Source: Chlamydiales bacterium (GTDB taxonomy: Bacteria > Chlamydiota > Chlamydiia > Chlamydiales > JAAKFR01). Taken from it: a DNA stretch of 32,000 nucleotides. Position numbers and translations under genes: made by a program. The stretch lies in NCBI GenBank assembly GCA_041395025.1, contig JAWLBH010000001.1, positions 990,001 through 1,022,000 of the forward strand, read 5' to 3'. Below, piece after piece: positions 14,213 through 22,854 of the stretch. Numbering within the stretch: the stretch's first letter is position 1; each line of letters opens with the position of its first letter. The notes under the pieces are model-generated. The model was not told the origin of the DNA. It made no database searches and saw nothing but the letters and a program-made list of their open reading frames with translations.

Positions 14213-15259
14213 CTACGCTAAGTTTTTTTTAGTAAGAGCAACTAAGATACGCCTGTTACCTTTATAGGAATTTCGTCCATGCATAGTGAGGAGATTATCT
14301 AAAACCATCACATCTCCTTTCTTCCAGCGAAAATAGACGGTCTTGTTATCTAAAATATCCATAATATGATAAAGATCATGTCTTGGAATAGGTGTATTAT
14401 CTCCATAATACATTTCGTGCATGATGGTATTTTTTTTCGCATAGACAATCCTTGTTGCAAACCAATTAAACCACCCAATTAGGCGAGGATTGTAATCATA
14501 AAGATGCGCTTGATTAAACCAGATTTTTTCTCCAGATTCTCTATGTTCTATTATGGCAGGACGGTTGTAGCTGACTTGTAGCCAATTTTTTTTATTCCAT
14601 CGATATCCAAAATCATTTTCTTTGCATAAGCGGATCACTTCTTCTTTACTCTCCGTTTCGAAGGCATCCATCCAAGTTTTATGGGCTTTTTGGAAATAAT
14701 TAATCGTATCGAGAAGCCAGCTTGTACCATAGAAATTCGAAATATATTTAAGCTTTTTTTCTTCAAACTGGATACGCACTTTGGGGTCGATAGCACGATA
14801 AATTGCACGTGCATCTCCAATAATGGTTTCGCCTCCTATTTTAGAAGGAGTCATACAATGAAAGTAGATATGACTAGGATAATTTTTGATATAACTCATT
14901 TCGTTATGAAGAGGAATTTTGAGGGAAGGAGGAGCTTCTGTAGAGGTATAGATCTTGCCTTGGATTTTATTACGAGGAGTATCTCCTCCTATATATTTAA
15001 TTGGCTTTCCTAAACCTAATTTGTCAATGACAAGATTGAATTGGTCAGCTCCATGAATGGGGAAGTTGCGAAAAAGGACTCCTCCATATTTCAGGAGGTC
15101 GCGATGGATGTTTTCATGATCATCATTTAACCATTTTAAAAAATCATCGAATGTAACCTGTGTTTTGGGCTCTATGACTAAAGGTAATTGTTCTTGGGTG
15201 ATAAATGTTCTTCTCATGGCTAAATACAAGTTTGTTGATACATGACTCTTATCAATCAC
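14213..15259 (-). CDS. TauD/TfdA-family Fe(II)/2-oxoglutarate-dependent dioxygenase (SyrP-like)
   Basis: 'PLHNEMSY' is the H-x-D/E facial-triad region, 'YFHC' follows it, and 'LTMHGRNSY' is the distal His/Arg region. GTG start at 15259; in-frame ATG alternative at 15217. Confidence 0.75.
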   Translation of the reverse strand: MIDKSHVSTNLYLAMRRTFITQEQLPLVIEPKTQVTFDDFLKWLNDDHENIHRDLLKYGGVLFRNFPIHGADQFNLVIDKLGLGKPIKYIGGDTPRNKIQGKIYTSTEAPPSLKIPLHNEMSYIKNYPSHIYFHCMTPSKIGGETIIGDARAIYRAIDPKVRIQFEEKKLKYISNFYGTSWLLDTINYFQKAHKTWMDAFETESKEEVIRLCKENDFGYRWNKKNWLQVSYNRPAIIEHRESGEKIWFNQAHLYDYNPRLIGWFNWFATRIVYAKKNTIMHEMYYGDNTPIPRHDLYHIMDILDNKTVYFRWKKGDVMVLDNLLTMHGRNSYKGNRRILVALTKKNLA

Positions 15260-15402
15260 AAAGATTGATGAAGGATTTACATACTAGCTTTTTTATGGAT
15301 AAAATTGCGAATTCTCGCAAGGAAAAGGTTTAATCAAAAACTGGCATTTAATAAAATCTTAAGGGACGGACAGAAATAATCAGCTGTGGTAATTCTTTTT
15401 GG

Positions 15403-15963
15403 ATGATGATGGATGCTAATCACGCTCTTGACCTTTTAAAAGCAGGAAACGCGCGTTTTGTTAACGAACAGCCATCTAATCCTCGTCAAAATATTGCCTA
15501 TCGTAAGAGTCAGATTTTAGAGCAAAATCCTTTCTGTGCTGTTTTGACTTGCTCTGACTCACGTATCCCAGTTGAAATTTTATTCGATCAGGGAATTGGA
15601 GATCTTTTTGTTGTCCGTCTTGCAGGAAATATCGCCAGTGCCACTGCGATAGAAAGTCTTGATTTTGCAGTTCATCAATTCGATATTTCTTTGATTGTAG
15701 TGATGGGACATCAAAATTGTGGTGCAGTCCAATCTGTAATTGAGGGGGCTACAGGACAACATTTAGAAAAAATAGGAGCTTATATTTCTCAGGCAGTTGA
15801 AGGGAAAAAAAACACTATAAAAGCCGCTGTGATTGCAAATGTAGATGCTCAATTAAAAATTGTGAGAGATCGTCTTTTGATTGAGAGGCGTTTGGTGAAT
15901 CAGTTAACCATCTGCGGAGCTTATTATGATTTTGAAACAGGTTATGTGAATTTTCTGCCATAA
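15403..15963 (+). CDS. beta-class carbonic anhydrase
   Basis: Zinc-ligand motifs 'CSDSR' and 'GHQNCGA'. About 186 aa. Confidence 0.85.
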   Translation: MMMDANHALDLLKAGNARFVNEQPSNPRQNIAYRKSQILEQNPFCAVLTCSDSRIPVEILFDQGIGDLFVVRLAGNIASATAIESLDFAVHQFDISLIVVMGHQNCGAVQSVIEGATGQHLEKIGAYISQAVEGKKNTIKAAVIANVDAQLKIVRDRLLIERRLVNQLTICGAYYDFETGYVNFLP

Positions 15964-16035
15964 ACATTTAAAACTAGATTTTCTTAAAAATTTGTAGAGC
16001 GATTGATACTAGCTTTTTGAATTATTTCTCTTTTT

Positions 16036-17124
16036 TTACTTTTTGACCGTTCCACAGATAAATCGATAGACAAAACATCGATCTTCTTTTTCTAATTGTT
16101 GTTCCAGCAAAGAATCTCTTTCAAAATGAGAAGCAATATCTAAAGGAATTTGATAATTTGAGAGAAATTGTCGGATGCAAAAACGCCCTCTTGGTTTTGA
16201 GGTACGGAGAATCCCTCTCATCATAGAGTCAAAATTCTCCTTCTTGATATAAGAAGCAATGTCAGAACAGGAGAAGCAATCAATGGAGCTCTCTTCTGTC
16301 TTGTCTAAAAAAAAATTTATGTCTTTTGTTTCAAAAGCAATTTTATTGATTTGAGATTTAATTTTTTCAAAATCCATTTTATTCAGATAAGGGGGCAGCA
16401 TCTCTTTATGGATATCTCCCTTAAAAAGCAAAGAGAGGAGAAGGCTTTCTTTCACTAAAAAGCGATTTAAGGAGTCATAAAATTTTGTATAGAGATGAAT
16501 CCCAATATTGATATTTTTATCAACATAAGCATAGAGACCAGGGTCATTAAAAAAGAGACGAGCCATCGATGGAGATAGAATTAATCGCATCACTCGCTTC
16601 CATAAACGGTGATTCCAGAAGGTTTTTAGGTAGGCTTTTTGTTCATCTAGGTCATCAAAAGAGAATAGTTTATCAATCTTTTTCCTACTCATTAAGCGTA
16701 GTATCTTTGAGATCATTCTTAGTCGCTTCTCCATTAATCCTTGATACAAGACACCTTTTGAAATTTTTTGTTTTTGATGATTCCAAAATCTTGCTGAATG
16801 AGGAGAAAGGTCATCTTTAATCTGGGAATAGATTTCCAGACGATTGGATGGAGATTGAGTTTCAAGACCGAGAAAAGAAATATAATCTGAATAGTTAAGA
16901 TTTTTAATCGCAGCGCGTTTCAAATCAAAAAGAGCATTTTGTATGGGATTGGTATCAATAGATAGGATATTCCCTACCTCTGTTGATAAGAGATTAAGAG
17001 GACGGTCACCACTTGCAGTAATGCAGATAATTTGATCACTTGACTGAATTTTCAGTGCTTTTTTCTCAGTGATCCAATCTTCATTTCCTAAACTATAGCT
17101 TAGACGTGAATAAAAGCGTTCCAT
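16036..17124 (-). CDS. DUF3419 / BtaA-like (S-adenosylmethionine:diacylglycerol 3-amino-3-carboxypropyl transferase-like) protein
   Basis: N-terminal 'LSYSLGNEDWITEKKALKI..SDQIICITASGDRPLNLL' follows the DUF3419 pattern (Y-x-Q/x-x-W/N-ED...AL...I-x-S-x-G). Distal 'FSCSDIASYI' motif. About 360 aa. Confidence 0.55.
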   Translation of the reverse strand: MERFYSRLSYSLGNEDWITEKKALKIQSSDQIICITASGDRPLNLLSTEVGNILSIDTNPIQNALFDLKRAAIKNLNYSDYISFLGLETQSPSNRLEIYSQIKDDLSPHSARFWNHQKQKISKGVLYQGLMEKRLRMISKILRLMSRKKIDKLFSFDDLDEQKAYLKTFWNHRLWKRVMRLILSPSMARLFFNDPGLYAYVDKNINIGIHLYTKFYDSLNRFLVKESLLLSLLFKGDIHKEMLPPYLNKMDFEKIKSQINKIAFETKDINFFLDKTEESSIDCFSCSDIASYIKKENFDSMMRGILRTSKPRGRFCIRQFLSNYQIPLDIASHFERDSLLEQQLEKEDRCFVYRFICGTVKK

Positions 17125-17131
17125 ACCTTTT

Positions 17132-17887
17132 TTAAAATTGATGTTTTAATAAGATTTGTAATCCAATTAGATGAAACTTTGTGTTTTTGAAGTTAAAGGG
17201 ATAACCCTCTCTTTCTCCAAAATGGCGAAACCCATAAAGCGGCACAATTTGCCCACTAAACTTGTATAAAGGACTAGGCATAATGGTAAAAGGAATTTCC
17301 AAAAGGTAGAGAGTTTCATCTCCTATCGCGAGGACTGTTTCCCCATAAAGTGGATCATTAGTTATTTTGGATTTTGCATTTTCCATAAATCTGACCTTAA
17401 AATCAATTCCCATGGTCAGCGAAGAAGAAAAATGTGTGCCAGACAAGAAACCTACAGTAATGAAATTAAATGCATCTGTAAATCTCCAAGTGAGTAGTGA
17501 AGGGGGGTGAAAGTTGTTGATCTCTTTGAAATATCCCCAGCCAACGAAAGGAGTAATAAAAGGAGACCTCGCGGTGTTTTGCTGAAGCCTATATCCAAAT
17601 CTTGCTTCAAAGATTTGATCAGTTAATGTAGATAGGAGAGGGTGAGTTTTTCCTGTTTTTCCTTTCAAAGGACCCACTGCATACAAATATTCTGTTCCAA
17701 AGTACCAGCACTCTTGTTTTAAATAATCAATTTTAATTTTTATTCCATTGAGCAATCCTTCTTGTTTAGTTCCATTATCGCGAAAACGCCATAAATAGTA
17801 ACTTTCTTCCCCTATGTAAGCTCGTACATGACTTTGGCAAGTTTGCTGATACATTACTAGGGTCAAAATCAGAAGGAAGATTTTCAT
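17132..17887 (-). CDS. putative outer-membrane beta-barrel protein
   Basis: Signal peptide 'MKIFLLILTLVMYQQTCQS', aromatic-rich alternating segments and a C-terminal '...LLKHQF' ending in Phe. Ends 7 nt upstream of the DUF3419 gene. Confidence 0.5.
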   Translation of the reverse strand: MKIFLLILTLVMYQQTCQSHVRAYIGEESYYLWRFRDNGTKQEGLLNGIKIKIDYLKQECWYFGTEYLYAVGPLKGKTGKTHPLLSTLTDQIFEARFGYRLQQNTARSPFITPFVGWGYFKEINNFHPPSLLTWRFTDAFNFITVGFLSGTHFSSSLTMGIDFKVRFMENAKSKITNDPLYGETVLAIGDETLYLLEIPFTIMPSPLYKFSGQIVPLYGFRHFGEREGYPFNFKNTKFHLIGLQILLKHQF

Positions 17888-17993
17888 AGATTTTTCAGTC
17901 TAGTCTATCTCACTTTATTCTTGAGATTATTTTTTTTAAGCCTCTATTTTGGGATCTTATTATTTTTTTAATATTCTAAATGAGGTGATAAGA

Positions 17994-18689
17994 ATGCGAT
18001 TAGAGAAATGGATACTGATTTTGATAATTGTATTGGGTTCAACATATGCGAATGAAATGGTTGTGAATACTCGAGATGGAAAGACTTTCCTATTCGAATT
18101 TGATCCTTCTGAAAGCTTAGCAGAGATCCAAGCTAGAATAACTTCTTTAACAAAAGAGGCTTATTTTTTCATGCTTTCATCAGAATCAGAGTTTTGGAAG
18201 ATGAAAACAGAAGAACACGGCAACTATCTTGGTTCTCCAAGGGACTATAGCTCTGCTGTCACTTTAGAAGAATGGAGTGACATTCATTATATCGTAAATT
18301 CTCTAGCAAATCAATCTCTGATTGCGATTGCATTTATGAAAACAGATTTAGAAGCTGCTGGCAATCGAATAGACCATATTCATCCTTTACGCTTTCTTAT
18401 GACAGTGTTTACTGATGAAGAATTAAAAGTAGGAATTCGCAATATCTTTGGTCGTGGATGGATTTGGCACCATTTTATCAATGGAGTGAAGGATTGCCTA
18501 GATACTGAAGCAAATATTGGGAATTTAAAAGATGAGTACGTCTATCATTTTGCTAGTATAGTAGCAATCCATCCACATAAAATTTTGGAGCCAATTCATG
18601 AACAGAATTGGGATCAATTAATTAAAATTCTTCTGGAAGAGATTCCACGCCAAGGGAATTGTGACCGGTATGGTGAATGCAGATATTAA
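17994..18689 (+). CDS. secreted hypothetical protein with an N-terminal ubiquitin-like segment
   Basis: ATG at 17994 is preceded by 'GAGGTGA' and gives signal peptide 'MRLEKWILILIIVLGSTYA'. The mature N-terminus 'MVVNTRDGKTFLFEFDPSESLAEIQARI' parallels ubiquitin '[28 protein letters not shown]'. Confidence 0.5.
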   Translation: MRLEKWILILIIVLGSTYANEMVVNTRDGKTFLFEFDPSESLAEIQARITSLTKEAYFFMLSSESEFWKMKTEEHGNYLGSPRDYSSAVTLEEWSDIHYIVNSLANQSLIAIAFMKTDLEAAGNRIDHIHPLRFLMTVFTDEELKVGIRNIFGRGWIWHHFINGVKDCLDTEANIGNLKDEYVYHFASIVAIHPHKILEPIHEQNWDQLIKILLEEIPRQGNCDRYGECRY

Positions 18690-18978
18690 TTATTTTTCGT
18701 GCTGCAATAGACAATGAAACCCTTTGCTAAAAGTCGCTTTAGTTATATATAAGTAGTTTTAGTTCTTAATTTTTCGCTTCAAACCAAAAAGTCTCTTTAT
18801 CGAGAGAGTGAAAATATTTTTTTTATTTAGATAAAGATTTTTTCTCTATTTAAATAAATGATTTTTGAATAAAAACATTGTTTTTTGATTACTGTTTTTT
18901 TTTAAATCCTACATTGTAATTTAAGTTAAAAATCTTTAAAATAATTTAAAATTAATATATGGAGTTCAAATCAGTATT

Positions 18979-20307
18979 TTGTTAGCACATTTTAACGAAT
19001 TAATTACGGCTTATTTTGTATTGCCTTTGATTCTACTGACCGGGCTATATTTTACTTTTCGTCTTAAATGCCTACAGTTAACTAAATTGAAAATGGGATT
19101 TTCCTATCTCTTTAAGAAAAAAGATTCAAGGATGGAGGGGGAGATCTCTCACTATCAGGCAATCGCTTCAGTATTAGCAGGAAATTTTGGTACAGGAAAC
19201 ATATCTGGTATGGCCATTGCTCTTTCCACAGGAGGCATAGGGGCTTTGGTATGGATGTGGGTCATGACTTTTCTAGGCTCTATTATTCAATATGCGAATT
19301 GTTTATTGGGAGTCAAGTATCGATCTAAAAATCCCAAAGGAGAGTTTGTAGGAGGGCCGATGTATTATCTTAGCGAAGGGCTAAGAATCAAGTCAGTCGC
19401 ATCTATATTTTCAATTTTTTTGATTATTGGAGCCTTTACAGTTGGAAATTTTGTTCAGATGAATTCTCTCGTTTTACCTTTACAATCTATTGGGATTGAG
19501 CCTGGGACGATTAGTCTATTCATGACATTTTTCATTGGTTTAGTGATTTTTCAAGGGAGAAGCCATGTGGCAAAAGTCTCATCATCTATTGTTCCTATCA
19601 TGGGTTTGATCTATTTAGGCACGGCGACTTTTATTCTAGGGAACTATCCAGAAAAAACATTTTTTGCCATTTGTAATATGTTTAAAGCAGCTTGGAATGG
19701 AGATTCTGTTGTAGGGGGTACTTTTGGATTTGCTTTTATGACAGCACTATCAACTGGGTTTCATCGTGCAATTTTTGCGACAGATTTAGGAACGGGGATT
19801 GCTCCCATCTTGCAAGCTAATGCAAAAACTCACCATCCTGTGGTAGATGGTATTGTTGCATTGACAGCTCCGTTTGTAGTCATGATTGTTTGTACAGTGA
19901 CTGGACTGGTTTTAATCGTGACAGGTGCTTTCCAGACAGGTTTACAAAGCACGAATATGGTGGCAGCAGCTTTTAAAGAGGGGATTGGATCTTCTGGTCC
20001 TTTCATTGTAATGGCCTCACTTGTTCTATTTGGTTACACAACAGCACTTGCTTGGGCAAAATGCATGGAGAGAGGAGTGGAATTTTTAATCGGACAGAAG
20101 TTTGTTCGTCCTTTCCAACTTCTCTATGTGATATTAGTCCCAGTTGGGGCATTTTTACGTGTCGATTTTGTCTGGATTTTAGCAGATATTGTTCTCTCTG
20201 CGATGCTCGTCTTAAACCTAATTGGGATTGTAGGTCTTTCAAAAGAAGTGATTCATGAAAGTTATGGCTTTTTTCTAGTTGATCAAATAGAAAAGCAGAA
20301 TATTTAA
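18979..20307 (+). CDS. alanine/glycine:cation symporter (AGCS) family amino-acid carrier
   Basis: 'GNFGTGNISGMAIALSTGGIGALVWMWVMTFLG' is the AGCS signature region, and there are about 11 hydrophobic segments. TTG start; the N-terminus is uncertain. Confidence 0.8.
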   Translation: MLAHFNELITAYFVLPLILLTGLYFTFRLKCLQLTKLKMGFSYLFKKKDSRMEGEISHYQAIASVLAGNFGTGNISGMAIALSTGGIGALVWMWVMTFLGSIIQYANCLLGVKYRSKNPKGEFVGGPMYYLSEGLRIKSVASIFSIFLIIGAFTVGNFVQMNSLVLPLQSIGIEPGTISLFMTFFIGLVIFQGRSHVAKVSSSIVPIMGLIYLGTATFILGNYPEKTFFAICNMFKAAWNGDSVVGGTFGFAFMTALSTGFHRAIFATDLGTGIAPILQANAKTHHPVVDGIVALTAPFVVMIVCTVTGLVLIVTGAFQTGLQSTNMVAAAFKEGIGSSGPFIVMASLVLFGYTTALAWAKCMERGVEFLIGQKFVRPFQLLYVILVPVGAFLRVDFVWILADIVLSAMLVLNLIGIVGLSKEVIHESYGFFLVDQIEKQNI

Positions 20308-20346
20308 AAATCGTTAGGGAAGATAATTTTTTTAAAAAAGAAGGGT

Positions 20347-20380
20347 AGACGACTAAAAATTTATCGTCTTCTGTTTTTTT
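20347..20380 (+). terminator. candidate rho-independent terminator after the AGCS gene
   Basis: 6-bp stem AGACGA/TCGTCT (20347-20352 and 20364-20369) followed by TCTGTTTTTTT. The stem is short and the loop is 11 nt. Confidence 0.4.
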
Positions 20381-20395
20381 AGGAATTCCTTTCTA

Positions 20396-21391
20396 TCATC
20401 TGTAAATGTGTTGTACCTTAGCACACTGACAACCATGTTTACATGTACACTCCTTTGGAGGAGTACAGTGGATCACAAGAGGTACAGAAGATCTAAGGAT
20501 AGCTAACATCGTATCAAATTCATCATTCGAAAGATAAGAATGAAGATTAGAAAGATAAAGTGTATCGATAGGACAATTGAATTTGTTGAGATTTTTGACT
20601 AAATCTTTACAAGTTTCTAATTGACGAAAGTCTCCAGTAATTGGAACAATTTTTTCTTCTCTTGCTAATGTTTTAATATACTCAAATTTCCCTGTCTGAT
20701 CTTCTTTCCAAAGCCAGCTAGAAGGTCGGTCTATTTCAGCTTTCATTCTACATATTGGAGATGAATCACCTTGATAATGATTATATCTTTTAGGGTCTAG
20801 CTCCATATGTTTGCAAATTTTTTTTACGAAATCTTCATTCGTATTAGATTTATTTAAAATTTTTAAACATTCATTAATAAATTTCTTATTAAATGAATTA
20901 AAATCAATGATGACTGCATGATGAGATCGACGAGCAGCGATAATATCAAAATTATGTAATCCACTCAATCCAACATGACAAGAGAGTTGATTAGTCGGAG
21001 GAGGAGGTTCCTTTTCTATAAATTGAATGGTATTTTTTATTCCAGACTCATTGGATAGCACGTAGACACCGTGGATCTCTTGATGCATTTTTTCTTGACT
21101 CAACCTCTCTATGGTATCTTTAAAAGAAGTTGGTGTTTTTTTAGACAAGAGGGGAGAATGCCATGTTTTTTTCTTGCAAGATAGATACAATCCAATGATC
21201 AATTCAGAGGCCACGATTCCCATTGAAGAAGCTATCATTCCCATAGTTCCAACTCCCTTCAAAGATAGAGTGATGGTTGCTAAAATAGATAGCATTTGAA
21301 TACAGATCGCTGTAATCCTCGAGATTTTAAAGATGGTTTGTTTCTTTTCTATCTCCCTGTGATTATAATGAAAAATTAAATTCACAATCAT
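20396..21391 (-). CDS. membrane protein with a bilobed hydrophobic domain (Inc-like) and a Cys-rich C-terminus
   Basis: The 'ITAICIQMLSILATITLSL..GTMGMIASSMGIVASELIIGLYLSC' hairpin lies near the N-terminus. The soluble domain has 'AVIIDFNSFN' and 'LYLSNLHSYL' and ends 'CTPPKECTCKHGCQCAK'. Confidence 0.45.
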   Translation of the reverse strand: MIVNLIFHYNHREIEKKQTIFKISRITAICIQMLSILATITLSLKGVGTMGMIASSMGIVASELIIGLYLSCKKKTWHSPLLSKKTPTSFKDTIERLSQEKMHQEIHGVYVLSNESGIKNTIQFIEKEPPPPTNQLSCHVGLSGLHNFDIIAARRSHHAVIIDFNSFNKKFINECLKILNKSNTNEDFVKKICKHMELDPKRYNHYQGDSSPICRMKAEIDRPSSWLWKEDQTGKFEYIKTLAREEKIVPITGDFRQLETCKDLVKNLNKFNCPIDTLYLSNLHSYLSNDEFDTMLAILRSSVPLVIHCTPPKECTCKHGCQCAKVQHIYR

Positions 21392-21460
21392 AAATAAAGT
21401 GTTTAAAAAACGTGTTATCTTTTTTCCAATAAGAGATCTATTAAAAAGACATAGAGTTTC

Positions 21461-22138
21461 TTACAATCTCTTTCCTTGAAATTTTTTACGGTTTCTCCAA
21501 TATCCGTTTCCATAATCATAGGTTAACTCTTCACCTGATGAGATAGTTTTTATGGTGCGTAATAAGATGTGGAATAAACCTTGGCAATAAACTGCAATGG
21601 ATTCACAGTTAGGTGAATCATCATGATTAATAAAACGAGTATAATTGCCTTGTTTTTTACTATCAATCGTATAGGCATGGGTTGAGATCCACTCGCGTGG
21701 ATACATAAAACAATAGCGATTCGTATTAGGGAAAAACAGAGAACGTCGTCGTAAAACTCCAGTGTATTCACCAATGTATTGCCATTGTTTAAAGGGTTTT
21801 GTAGAAAAAAGCCCATAGCCGATCTCTTCATTGATCCATTGAATCGCTACGGGGGGAATCATGTGTTGAGTGAGCTCTTTAAAATGATAAGTTCCAAGCC
21901 ATCGAGAGAATGGATGAATTTTTCTTTTTTTTTCAGCAGATCTGCATTTTTTGCGTATCGACTGCTCAGTTCTCCAGTCAGAAAAGGTGAGTTGTTTTAG
22001 ATAGGTCAATCCAAAAAACTCTTCAAATTCTTGGATAGAGTATTCTTTTATTTTAGAGCTTTCTTTAGAAGAAATTTTTAGAGTCAAAAGAAGACACCTT
22101 GTCCGAGATGATCTTGTGGAGCTATTGTAATAGGACAA
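21461..22138 (-). CDS. SET-domain protein lysine methyltransferase (chlamydial NUE-like)
   Basis: 'YTRFINHDDSPNCE' matches R-F-I-N-H-S-C-x-P-N and 'GEELTYDYG' matches E-L-x-x-D-Y. The ATG at 22138 overlaps the yycJ end by 55 nt. An alternative TTG at 22087 forms TTGA with the yycJ stop. Confidence 0.8.
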   Translation of the reverse strand: MSYYNSSTRSSRTRCLLLTLKISSKESSKIKEYSIQEFEEFFGLTYLKQLTFSDWRTEQSIRKKCRSAEKKRKIHPFSRWLGTYHFKELTQHMIPPVAIQWINEEIGYGLFSTKPFKQWQYIGEYTGVLRRRSLFFPNTNRYCFMYPREWISTHAYTIDSKKQGNYTRFINHDDSPNCESIAVYCQGLFHILLRTIKTISSGEELTYDYGNGYWRNRKKFQGKRL

Positions 22139-22848
22139 GATGTTCCAATGTTGTCTTTTACCTTTTTTATTGCGACTTCAGGGACATTGCATTCTTGAGA
22201 GAGGTGAGCTAGATGGATATGCTTTAGATTATCGTGGTAGATTTCAGATAAGAGTTCTGCACAGGCCTCATTCGAAAGATGACCACTGCGTCCTAGAACG
22301 CGTTGTTTATAAGAGATGGGTCGTGGACAAGCATGTACCATGGAGGGTTCATGGTTAGACTCTATCACGAGAGAATCGCAATGTTTTAAATGTAACTTTA
22401 CCAAAGTTGTTGGGTAGCCTAAATCTGTGCAAATACCCACTTTATATCCATCAACTTTTAATGTAAACCCAACGGGATCAGTAGTGTCGTGTTGGATACT
22501 AAAAGGATGGATTTCAATGTCTCCAAAGGTAAAAGTTTCTCCTGTAGTAAAAATTTTGAATTGAGGACATTCACGTAATATTCCATAAATGCCTTTCGCT
22601 GTCTCAGTATTTGCTAAAATAGGGATTTTATGGCGTAAAGCAAGTGTTTTAAGTCCTGCAATATGGTCAGTATGTTCATGAGAGATTAAAATTGCTTGAA
22701 TTTCCTTAAGATCTACTCCAATTTCCGAGAGCCTATGCTGAGTGGCTCGCCCACTAATTCCTGCGTCAATAAGAATTTTTGTTTTTTTTGTTCCAAAGTA
22801 GAGAGAGTTGCCTTTTGATCCCGAAGCAAGAGGACAATAACCTTCCAT
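22084..22848 (-). CDS. yycJ: MBL-fold metallo-hydrolase, YycJ/WalJ-like
   Basis: 'LASGSKGNSLYFGT...ILIDAGISG', 'SHEHTDH' (H-x-H-x-D-H) and 'GHLSNEA' align along the full length with B. subtilis YycJ as I recall it. Confidence 0.8.
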   Translation of the reverse strand: MEGYCPLASGSKGNSLYFGTKKTKILIDAGISGRATQHRLSEIGVDLKEIQAILISHEHTDHIAGLKTLALRHKIPILANTETAKGIYGILRECPQFKIFTTGETFTFGDIEIHPFSIQHDTTDPVGFTLKVDGYKVGICTDLGYPTTLVKLHLKHCDSLVIESNHEPSMVHACPRPISYKQRVLGRSGHLSNEACAELLSEIYHDNLKHIHLAHLSQECNVPEVAIKKVKDNIGTSCPITIAPQDHLGQGVFF

Positions 22849-22854
22849 GTGATT

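Noticed and set aside
18690-18978. Glycine or other amino-acid riboswitch upstream of the AGCS symporter gene
   Set aside because: The 290-nt leader is extremely AT-rich. It lacks the conserved GGAGAG...CACCG/GGGCA-type cores of glycine riboswitches and shows no convincing conserved helices by eye.
18959-18985. ATG at 18959 (MEFKSVFC*) as a frameshifted true start of the AGCS gene
   Set aside because: It is in a different frame and stops after 8 codons. A 1-nt length change in the T-run would fuse it, but there is no evidence for this. The TTG start is kept and the N-terminus is flagged as uncertain.
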